From Felis catus (lineage: Eukaryota): a stretch of DNA of 64,000 nt. This document shows, piece after piece, positions 53,964-64,000 of this stretch. Every line of letters starts with the position of its first letter. The stretch's first letter is position 1. The DNA lies in assembly GCF_018350175.1 (NCBI RefSeq), contig NC_058368.1:21144001-21208000 (forward strand), read 5' to 3'. Below the pieces are notes generated by a model. That model had not been told where the DNA came from and did no database searches. It worked only from the letters and a program-made list of their open reading frames with translations. The translations under genes and the position numbers were made by a program.

Positions 53964-56095
53964 CTGTACATAAGAGGAAGGAGAAAGTAAGGACTATTAA
54001 ACCCAGGTCTCCTGACATCAGCCAGTATATCATAATAGCTCGTCTGTTAGAGTGTCAAGTAACCCGCAGGAAAGAAAACATTTCTCAAACACCTGTAAGT
54101 CCATTCCAGGGGGCAGATATGGCATCCTCTCCCACCTGGGACCACTGCAAGGCTAAAATCAACAATTAAGAACAGCTGCAGCCTTGCAGCCAGCTGCCCT
54201 TGGTAACCCCCTTGGAGGGAGGGCAGGGAGAGTTCTGGGAGGGGTAATCACCAGAGAAGACTGAAATTCCTCTTTCTCTGCATTACTTTTCTCTCTTGTG
54301 AAATGTGTTGGAACTTCCCCCTGTATGCTGAAGATGTTCCCAAGACTGCTTTTTATGTTTACCAAACATCCTGCAATATTTTCAAGCCATGTAGACTGTG
54401 GGGATGTCTAATCTTCCATTTCACAGAGCTAGGGCTCACAGCTTCAAACTGCTGCAGGAATAGATTCCAACGTGCAATTCTGTTGCTTTTGAGTAAACTC
54501 CTTTGGGAAGAGATCACCAGTATGTGTCATTTAGTCACAGGCTGTGGGACTGTTCAAGAGCTAAGTGAAAAACAGAAGCGACCAAAAGCGTTGGTAAATT
54601 TATATGTGCAGCAAATTCTCTCAAAGGATTTGACCTGCCCACACTTGAGAAAAGAAAGAACCATAGCCAGATGAAGGGAAGGCTAAAATGGTGAATAATG
54701 GTTTGTAGGTATCTCAGGAGAGCAAATGCATGAAGGAAAAGAATTTCAGGGTTGTTCCAGGAAGATTAATGCAGTAAGAGAATTATCTGCAAAAAATGAA
54801 ACTCATCTGAGAAAACTTCAGGTATTGATGACTTTTATTTATTTATTATATTTTTGAGGATGATCTCCCTGAGGGAAACAGCAGAAAAGCCATGAGCTAA
54901 ATCATTTATAACGAAGAGGGGAAAAGAATCAGCAAATAGATTACTTAGAACATCCTCCTCCTCTGCCAGGCCTTTCAAGCAGTAAAATGGTGACTTAAGT
55001 GAGACTATCTCATGAGCTTTATCACCTCTTAATCTTGTTTCTAGCTGCATTTCTCCCACCCCGTTTTGCCTGTGGCCCTGCTGCTAATGGAGGTTTTCAA
55101 CACATAAACCTGGGGTTCACTCAATTTTCTTTGAGCTTCTCCATTTCACTTTTAAATAAATTAAGTCACCTTATCAGCACAAACTGTGATTTAGAGAGAA
55201 CACAGAAGAATAAATCAGGTTTGAAGGCCCTTTGCTGTCAGCTTCATGCCTGTCTGGGTGACGTTTTGGTGAACTTAGATTTGTGCTTGCCCATCCTAGG
55301 ACCTGGTGGTGTGAAAAATAAAAATAAAACTACTAGCGAAAAGTTGATTCTCAGATGCCTGATATCTTGATTATGTGCCTAGGTTGCCTGTTTTTAAAAC
55401 AAGAACATGATCATCTGTGAATCTGTCAACAAGTCACAGGTCAGAGATCCTGCCCTATATTTGTTTTGCTCTCACGACACAGAAAATGCCTGATGCGGAT
55501 GTGAGAAATCGATTTATTTGAAAAGTTTTTGTCTAAATTTTTAATTTAACAATTATAAAATAAATTGATAAAAATCCTTGCACATTTAATCCCATTTAGT
55601 GTTTGCTTCTCAGAGAAACCAGAATAACACAGCTTGCTTTTTCATTCTTGGTCCTTTCTAATAAAGATAGGAAGGCAGGGTCTTAGTATGCAGATATGGG
55701 CTCCTTACTTTCTGTTAGATTGGGTCACAGTCTAGAGGGAATAGATTAAACCAGTGTAGTAGAGAACAGATGATTTCACATTTTCTTTCTTTCAAGGCAC
55801 AGATTACCCTGTCTACTAGTCCTTGCTCCTAAGTTCACTAATTTCAAACAATCTTAAAATGTGGGGTGGAAAGAGTGAATTAGGGTTGATGAGGGATACT
55901 AAAAATCATCCTACTAAAAATATAAGCAAGATAGTCCAATGACTTAAAGGTTTGGCTTTATTTTTGGTTTTATTAAGTTACATGTGACAATGTGAATAAA
56001 AGCTCATTCCTTGAAGTATCTTTATAATCTTTTGTTCCAAAACTATTAATTTTCTTTTAGCAGTGGATGAATTGGGCTATAATGCCATGGAAAGT

Positions 56096-56306
56096 TTTCT
56101 TTTTAAAAAAAGTTTATTTATTTATTTATTTTTGAGAGAGTGCACAAACAGGGGAGGGGCAGAGAGAGAGAGGGAGACACAGATTTGGAAGCAGCCCTCA
56201 AGCTGTCAGCAGCAGGGCCCAATGCAGGGCTTGAACCCATGAAACGTGAGATCATGACCTGAGCCGAAGTCGGACGCTCAACCAACTGAGCCACCCAGCC
56301 ACCCCA
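56096..56306 (-). mobile_element. Can-SINE
   Basis: TSD ccatggaa..tttt. Confidence 0.93.
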
Positions 56307-56689
56307 CCATGGAACCTTTTCTGGGTCCACCCTAGGTCCATCAAACCGAAAGTGATGGTGTGGCAGAAAATCTTCTTGGCCTATTAATTATCAATGGAAA
56401 CCACCATGGGCCACCCTATAGTCTTACCAGATTAATTGCTGGGACCTTCATTGCTGTTCAGCCCGATCCTAACAGACAAGAGAATAACAGGAACCATCAA
56501 TTCCCCTGAATTGCACCAATGTGATTCCAACTATGATAGCAAAAGCCCTGGAATTCTGCTCATTTAATAAGCAGGGAGGGTAACTCTTATTCTCTTCTTC
56601 CCTTATCCCCACTAGTTTTGAAAGAATTAGCAATTTAGTCAGAACTTGCTGGTTTCCTGTGCAATGTCCATTCTCCTTTTTTATTCCTA

Positions 56690-56856
56690 AGAAAATCTCA
56701 ATTTCGTTCAGAGTATGACATGTCCAGCTAAAAATATTACATTTTTCCAGTCACTCTTGCAGATAGGGATGGTCATGTAACATAGGTCTAGCCAATAGGA
56801 TGTAATGAGAAGTCACTGGTTGGAACTTCCAGGAAACCTCTTTAAAAGAGAGTCAT
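56690..56856 (+). mobile_element. MaLR LTR (MLT1I/J-like), 5' part
   Basis: ccagctaaaaatattacatttttccagtcactcttgcagatagg...agccaataggatgtaa. Confidence 0.65.
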
Positions 56857-58145
56857 ATAAAGGATTCTGCATGTTGAAAATGATAAACTGATTCTAAAAT
56901 ATATATGGATTATACAACAAGTCCACAGCTAACATCATACTCAATAGTGAAAGACTGAATGCTTTTCCTCTAAGATCAGGAACAAGATGGTGGTGACCCA
57001 TCTCACCACTCTTATTCAACATAGTGCTAGAAATACTAGCCAGAGCAATTAGTAAATACAAAGAAATAAAAGGCATCCAAATCAGAAATGAAAAATAAAA
57101 TAATCATTATTTGCAGATGATATGATCTTATATACAGAAAATCCTAACAACTCAACCAAAACATTGTTGGAAGTAATAAACATATTCAATAAAGTTGCAG
57201 GATATAAAATCAACACACAGAAATCAGTTGCATTTCTATACACTAACAATGAAATGTCTGCAAAAAAATAATAAAGCTACCCCATTCACAATAGCATCAA
57301 AAGTAATAAAACACTTAGAAATAAATTTAACCAAGGAAGTAAAAGATTGTACAATGAAAACTACAAAACTTGGATGAAAGAAATTGAAGAAGACACTAAC
57401 AAAGATATTCCATGTTCATGGATCTAAAGAATTAATTGTTAGTAAGTCCATTATACCCAAAGCCATCCATAGATTCAATGCATTCCCTATCAAAATTCCA
57501 ATAGTGTTTTTCACAAAAACAGAAAAAAAATCCTAACCAAAGAAATCCTGAGAAAGAAGAATAAAATCATTTCCTGATTTCAAACTATACTACAAAGCTA
57601 TAGTAATCAAAACAGTATGGTACTAGCAGAAAAATAGACACATAGACCAATATACTAGAGGGCCAGAAATAAACCCCTGCATACACCGTCAACTAACATT
57701 TGATAAGGGAGCCATGAATACTCAATGGGAAAAGACAGTCTCAACAAATAGTGCTGGGAAAGCTGGATGACCACATACAGAAAAATGACATTGGACGCCT
57801 ATCACAAACCCCCACAAAAATTAACTCAAAATAAATTAAATACTTAAACAGAAGACTTGATACCATAAAACTCCTAGAAGAAAACATAGGGAAGAAACTC
57901 CTTAACATCAGTTTTTTGGATATGATACCCAAAGCACAATGACAAAAGCAAAAATAAGCATGTGGGACCACGTCAAACTAAAAAGCTTCTGCATAGCAGA
58001 AGAAACAATCAACAAAATGAAAAGGCAACCTACAGAAGGGGAGAAAATATTTGCAAGCCATATATAAGGGGTTAATATCCAAAATTATAAAGAACTCACA
58101 TAACTCAACAATAACAACCACAATCGATTAAAAAATAAGCAGAGT

Positions 58146-58400
58146 CAGGGCTGGGACAAGATGGAGGCTGGAAGGCCTGGGAGGGAGCTGTGCAGCTTGG
58201 AAGTGGGGGGCAAGTGCCCAGAGATGCAGCTGGGGCCCGCAGCCAGGGTACCAACCCAGGGAAGGGCTGCCTATGATCCTATGAAAAACCAGCTCTACAG
58301 CCTCCCAGTGCAAGCGCGCATGTCAGCCTCTGGGGCATTGGTACTGGGGACACCAGGAAAGGGTAGAACCTGATGTGATTAAAAACAAAACAAACAAACA
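58146..58400. other. GC-rich non-repeat insertion within an L1, donor unidentified
   Basis: Abrupt GC-rich block between aaaaaataagcagagt (58130-58145) and aaaaaaaggcagagt (58400-58414). L1 ORF2 sequence continues on both sides. Confidence 0.7.
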
Positions 58401-59109
58401 AAAAAAGGCAGAGTAAGCACATCTTTCCAAAGAAGATATCTAAATGGCCAATAGGTACATGAAAAGATAGTCAACATCACTAAGCATCCATCAGAGAAAT
58501 GCAAATCAAAACCACAATGAGATATCACCTCATTAGAATGGCTATCATCAAAAAGACAAGAGATAACAAGTGTGGTCAAGGACGTGGAGAAATGGGAACC
58601 CTAGTGCCCTGTTGGTGGTTATGTAAATTGACTCAGCCACTATGGAAAACAATATGGAGGTTCCTCAAGAAATTACAAGTAGAACTGCCATATGATCCAG
58701 CAATCCCACCTCTACGGTATATATCCAAAGGAAATGGAAAAGAGAAAGATGTCTGCACTCCCATGTTTATTGCAGCATAATTCACAATAGCCAAGATATG
58801 GATTTAACCTAAGTGGCCACAGATGAATGGATAAAGAAAAAACCAATTCTTCAAAGATTTATTATACAGACATGAGAAAGAAGAAGATCCTGCCATTTGT
58901 GCCAACATAGATGAATCTTGAGGGTGTTATGCTAAGTGAGATGTCAGTCAGAGAAAGACAAATACTGTATGGTATCACTTGTATGCAGAATCTAAAAAAG
59001 CCAAATTCATGAAAACAGAGAGTAGAACGGTGGTTACCAGGGCAGGTGGTGGGAGTGGGGGAATGGAAGGGGTGAAACGGGAAGATGTTGTTTAAGAGTA
59101 CAAGCTTCC

Positions 59110-59323
59110 GGGGGTGGCTGTGTGGCTCAGTCAGTTAAGCGTCTGACTTCAGCTCGGGTCATGATCTCACAGTTTGTGAGTTTGAGTCCCACATTGGTCT
59201 CTGTGCCAACGGCTCAGAGCCTAGAGCCTGCTTCAGATTTTATGTCTCCCTCTCTCTCTCCCCCTCCCCTGCTCGCACTCTCTCTCTCAAAAATAAATAA
59301 ATATTAAAAAAAAAAATTTTTTA
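59110..59323 (+). mobile_element. Can-SINE
   Basis: TSD aagagtacaagctt / aagagcaagctt. Confidence 0.94.
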
Positions 59324-60145
59324 AAGAGCAAGCTTACAACTAGCAGATAAATAGGTGCTAAAGATCTAATGTATAGCATAGTTATTATAGTCAATAATAT
59401 TGTAGTTAAATTTCTAAGTTGCTAAGAGACTAGACCTTCATTGTTCTCACCATAAGAAAAATAGTAATAATTATGTGACATGATAAAGGTGTTAGCTAAC
59501 ACCATAGTGCCTATCATATTGCAATATATCAATGTATCAAATCATCATGCTGTAACACCTTAAATTTACATGTTGTTATATGTCAATTATATCTCAATTA
59601 GAATAAAATTAAAAATAAAAAAAAATAAAATGTATATGGCAATGAAATGAATAACAAGGCAATCCTGGAAAGGAGCAAAAAACTGCAAGGTTTAAAGCAC
59701 TAGCTCTCAAGACCCATTTTATTAAATAAGGCAGAGTGGTATTGACTCAAGGATATGCAAAGAGACCAATGAAAGGGACTAGGACCCAAAAACAGATCCA
59801 TAAAATATGGATGCCTGATTTACAACAAGGATAGCACTGCGATGCTATAGGGAATGCATTTTTTTTTCAATCAACAATGTTGTAAACAATGTTGGGTCCA
59901 CATAGAAAAATATAAATCATAACCACTACTTCATACCATAAATAAAAATTAATTCCAGACCTATTGTGTATTCAAATGTAACAGCTAAAACAAAAGCTTT
60001 TAGAAAAAAAGAGAACAAATTATTTTTCTGTCTTTGAAATGGGCAGAGTCTTTTAAATAGACTTCCCAAAAGTGCTAACTATAAGGAAAAAATTGATAAA
60101 GAATACTGAGAATTAAGAACCTCAGTTCATCAAAAGACACCATTA

Positions 60146-60420
60146 CCATATGACAAATACCATGATTTCACTCATACAAATGAACAAAGAAAAAAAGAGA
60201 CAAACAAAAAAAGACTTAAATATAGAGAACAAACTGATGGTTGCCAGGTGGAAGGGAGGTGGGGGGATAGGAGAAATAGGTGAAGGAGATTAAGACTACA
60301 TTTACTGTGATGAGAATTGACTAATGCAGAGAATTGTTGGATCACTATATTGTACACCTAAAACTAATATAACACTGTATGTTTGTTATACTGGAATTTC
60401 AAAAATAATGGTGTTTTTTA
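60146..60420 (+). mobile_element. Short L1_Carn-type 3' end
   Basis: TSD acaccatta. tcactatattgtacacctaaaactaatataacactgtatg. Confidence 0.85.
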
Positions 60421-60501
60421 AACACCATTAAGAGAATAAACAGGTAACTAACAAACAAAGTGGGGAAAATGTTTACAATATATATATATCCAACAAAAGA
60501 C

Positions 60502-60902
60502 TTATGGATGGAATCGTGTCCCCCAAAAATTCGAAAGTTGAAGCTATAGCCCCCAGGACCTCAGAATGTGAATGTATTTGGAAATACGGCCTTTAAAGAG
60601 GTAATTAAAGTAAAATGAGGTCATTAGGATGGGCCCTAATTCAATCTGACTGATATCCTTGTAAGAAGAGATTAGGACACAGAGACGCAGCAGAGGCACC
60701 CATGAATAGGGGAACAACCATGTGAAGAGGCAGCAAGAGGGTGGCCATCTTCAAGACAAGGACAGGGGCCACACGGCAAACTAATCCTGCTAACACCTTG
60801 ATCTTGGATTTCTAGCCTCCAGAACTGTGACAAAGTAAACTTTGTTGTTTAAACCACCTAATCTGTGGTATTTTGTAGTGGTAACCTCAGAAAACGAATA
60901 CA
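60502..60902 (+). mobile_element. MaLR solo LTR (MLT1A/B-like)
   Basis: tatggatggaatcgtgtcccccaaa...acctcagaatgtga...ctagcctccagaactgtga...aaaacgaataca. 5-bp flank agact on both sides. Confidence 0.85.
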
Positions 60903-60933
60903 AGACTCACATCCAGAAGATGCAGAGAGCTCT

Positions 60934-61484
60934 TCCCAGAGTACCCCTGGAACCGTAACCCGTACCTCACCGGCCCCTTCTCCAAGCTTCCCCCCCTCTC
61001 TCTACCCCCCACACTTCTACCCCAACCCTCTGCCCATTTCCCTGGGCCACCTGCCCTCAGCAGGGGCAGGGGGAGGCCCTACAGCTTCATCCCTGCTGGC
61101 TGCAACAGGGGAGGGCCTGGGCCCTGAGCAGCCCCTCGGGCCTGGCAGCAGCCCTTGCCTGGCACTGCCCAGAACTGGGGGTCCAGAGGCTGCACTGGGC
61201 AGGAAGGAGGACAGCGACTCGGAGCTGGAGATCACTGATGTCAGCGGCTGCAGCTCTGACAGCGAAGGCGACGAGGGCCTCCCTGTGCCCCCCAAGGCCA
61301 AGGTGAGCAAAATGGGGAATCGGCAGCTGAACCATTGTGGGGTAAAGGATTCTGCCAGGGCGGGGCTTGGGGGGGGGGGTGGGATGCTCTGCCGTGGTCC
61401 AGTGTGCCCTCCATGTCCCGCCCAAGGCCAAGGACCTGCCCTCGGCCCCTCCTAGGACCAAGCATGTGGTCGTCCACCTTCTTC
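60934..61484 (+). pseudogene. ERFL: Non-functional inserted fragment of ERFL (ETS repressor factor-like): C-terminal CDS plus the start of the 3' UTR
   Basis: Translates, with frameshifts, as [65 protein letters not shown]...[42 protein letters not shown]...GS* (TGA 61328-61330). This matches the ERFL C-terminus as recalled. No ETS domain. GC-rich island in AT-rich L1, flanked by a 21-bp direct repeat (60913-60933 / 61485-61505). Confidence 0.85.
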
Positions 61485-62378
61485 CCAGAAGATGTAGAGA
61501 GCTCTAACAAAACAGTATGAAAACAACAGACAATATAATAAGAATAGAACAAAAAAATATGAACAAATAGTTTACAAATATAGAATATCCAGATAGCCAA
61601 TAAACATATAGATATGAAAAGTTGCTCAACTTTGGTTGATAGACTAGTTATCAGTAAAACAAAAATTAAAAACACAATATATCACCCACCAGAATGGCTA
61701 AAATGAGTCAGATAATACCAAGTGTTGACAAGGATGTAGAGCAACCAAAACTTTTATACACTGCTGAAGGAACGGTAAATCAGTACAAATACTCTGACAA
61801 ATTTTTTGCCAGTGTCACTGATAAATATAAGCATAATCTGTAATTCAGAGATTCTTCATCTAGGGATATACCCATAGAAATGTGACCATATATTCAGCAG
61901 AAGACTTGAACTAGAGTAGATATTGAAGTACTATTTACATAATAGCTAAAACCTGCAAGCTATCTGAATGCCCACCAATACTGGAATGGATTTTTAAAAA
62001 TTTATATTCACACACTGGAATAATATAGCATTGAGAATAAATTGTTCTAAAATTACATGCAATAATATGGGCAAATCCCACAAACATTGTAGTAAGCAAA
62101 GGAAGCCAGACACAAAAGAGTAAATGCTGTACATTTCCATAAAGCTCAAAATCAGGCAAAATTAATCTATGCTGTTCCTTTGGGTGTACAAGAGGGACCT
62201 ATGGGGCAATAAGGAGGATTCTGAGGTACTGGGAATTACTGGGAATGTTCTGGCTCTTGTTCGAGGTGCCAGTCACATTAGTGTGTTCACTTTGTAAAAA
62301 TTCATCAAGGTATACACTTGTGATTTGTGAACTTTTCTGTATATATGCTATATATCACTATAAAACTTTTATGAAAAT

Positions 62379-62686
62379 GAGGGAGCCAATTCATTTGGCT
62401 TGCACTTTTTCCTTCACCTTTCCCCCTGTTCCTGCCTGGAGCACAGATGTGATGCCTGAAGTGGAACCATAAGGTGACAAGCATGAGAACAAAAACCACA
62501 TGCTGAAAACTGCTGGGCAGAAAACAGAGGTAGCCTAGGGGGTCCTTGAGTGCGCTGTGGAGCTCTGTACTGCCTCCTTCCAGCCTTCTTGTTTCACAGG
62601 GAAAGTTAAAATCCTAACATGTTGAAGTCACTGTCTAGTCAGGTTTTCTGTTATTCACAGCAAAATGCAATGCTAATCGATAAGAC
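62379..62686 (+). mobile_element. MaLR LTR (MLT1I/J-like), 3' part
   Basis: cctgcctggagcacagatgtgatg...gggcagaaaacagagg...ttttctgttattcacagc. Confidence 0.65.
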
Positions 62687-62974
62687 AGTACCTCAGCAGC
62701 TTCTAAACATTGAGGTAGACGAAGAAAAAAATATCTATTGCACACGGTGACTAAAGATGGTGGAGAGGGATGATCTGGACCAAGGCTGAGCCTGTCCCAT
62801 CCTTCCCAGTTGGTACTTTTGTATGTAAGTATCACTCTGAGTTAAGCCTCAGACAAAGGGATTTTATTTCACAGGGATGATGATCTCTTTGGAAGCCTTT
62901 AACATAGGACTGAAACAAGCAAAGAATTCGGACATCATACAATACTGGAAACGTTTATTAATTCTGCAGAGAAA

Positions 62975-63425
62975 ATAGTCTTATTAGTCTTATTACTAGC
63001 AATGGAGTACATAGCTCAAAGGCTGGAAAATTAATCCAAATTAACAAAGGCTTATGAATGGTAGCCCCTCAGCATTAGGGACTCAAACTCCGATTATATG
63101 GTTTCTCCACCATCCCTAGGATGTTGCCCTTATCTGCCTGGTCCAACACGGCTCACTTTTGCTATTCCTCATTCCAGGCAGGAGGGTGGAGGAAGGAGGG
63201 AAAGAAAGACACACATCTCTGTCCTTAAAGGCACAACCAGGAGTTGTCCATATCACTTCTGATCACATCCACTTGGCCAGAACTTGGTCAAGAACATTAG
63301 CAAGGAACGTTACAAAATGTAGTCATTAGGAAACGCAGCCATGATCTCACTTAAAAATTCAATCCTATGGAAGAAGAGGAAAAATGGATGCAGGAGAGGC
63401 AGGGCCCAGCAATCCTGCTGCTACA
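62975..63425 (-). mobile_element. ERVL LTR33-like remnant
   Basis: atatcacttctgatcacatccacttggccagaacttggtca...aaatgtagtc...atggaagaagaggaaaatggat. Confidence 0.6.
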
Positions 63426-63739
63426 GGGGATGAGTATATTTCTACGTCCATTACATCTACTGAGAATCTACATTCTAGTAAGAACAAGAGTCAAATTTCT
63501 TATTTCATTGAAACAAGTTTCTTTAAAAAAGAACTACTTAAAAGTTGAAGAACAACTTAAGTTGTTTTTCTTTTTAATTTAAATCCATTCTTGCCTCATC
63601 TTCTTTAAGAATTCTGTTCAAAGTTCACCTTTCCTGTTGCACTCCCAGATGAACTACACCTGGCTCCAAACACTTCCCCAATTTCACCCATGACACATAT
63701 GTCTGTGTGTAACACTAAGTGACTGTGCATATGTGTATT

Positions 63740-63742
<3 letters not shown>

Positions 63743-63775
<33 letters not shown>
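63743..63775 (+). repeat. Poly(T) tract
   Basis: Over 30 consecutive T. Confidence 0.95.
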
Positions 63776-63778
<3 letters not shown>

Positions 63779-64000
63779 AAGCTTAAATGTATTGTTCTAT
63801 GATGAAGTGGAAGTAATAGCCTTTTGAAGTCTGGCAGACATTGATTCAAATCCCAACTCTGTGGATAAGAGGCTTTATGACCTTGCTATGCACTTGCTAC
63901 ACACTCCCCCCACCCCCGCTCTGATACCTTTGGTCTCAAAAGAGGGGTCTGCTCTGGTTCAACCCATTTCTTGACTCCATTCCTCCCACTTACTCTAATA

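Larger units (their letters stand above)
56909..59625 (+). mobile_element. 5'-truncated L1 (L1MA9/L1_Carn-type) nested in the older L1
   Basis: TSD taaaatatatatgg / taaaatgtatatgg. RT motif tttgcagatgatatgatc (FADDMI). 3' end tatatgtcaattatatctcaat. Confidence 0.9.
56857..62378 (+). mobile_element. Ancient L1M ORF2/3' UTR acting as host for several later insertions
   Basis: Collinear pieces at 56857-56908, 59626-60145, 60421-60492, 60903-60933 and 61485-62378. Confidence 0.75.

Noticed and set aside
53807..54169. 120-aa plus-strand ATG ORF
   Set aside because: No recognisable homology. It overlaps the better-bounded minus-strand exon candidate and is likely chance.
3172..59307. Recurrent ...PTSAQVMISW... 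ORFs suggesting a gene family, and tRNA-like heads suggesting tRNA genes
   Set aside because: All are translations or A/B-box heads of Can-SINEs.
60865..61455. 196-aa ORF as a functional chimeric gene
   Set aside because: It starts at a GTG inside an MLT1 LTR, runs through the TSD and is out of the ERFL frame at both ends. It is a by-product of the pseudogene insert.
1..64000. CRISPR arrays, operons, rRNA or intact ERV genes
   Set aside because: Mammalian DNA with no repeat-spacer arrays, no rRNA and no gag/pol/env ORFs. Only solo LTRs were seen.

Overview
Mammalian genomic DNA, almost certainly from a felid: it carries 25 tRNA-derived Can-SINE (SINEC_Fc-type) copies and feline/carnivore LINE-1 3' UTRs. 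More than half of the window is interspersed repeat: four large plus-strand L1 blocks, several nested, plus ERVL/MaLR LTRs, DNA-transposon MITEs, L2, MIR and microsatellites. Most ORF-track entries are L1, SINE or chance ORFs, and I recognise no intact protein-coding gene. The most notable signals are three non-TE cargo insertions inside decayed L1s, each bracketed by a target-site duplication (TSD). (i) A 551-bp frameshifted ERFL C-terminal fragment with a 21-bp TSD and no poly(A). (ii) A 23-nt tRNA-Cys(GCA) fragment ending at the anticodon. (iii) A ~230-bp GC-rich fragment of unknown origin. A tentative minus-strand exon chain and several TE-associated deletions are also present. Repeat subfamily names and the ERFL match come from recalled sequences and need RepeatMasker/BLAST confirmation. 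Repeat boundaries are approximate.
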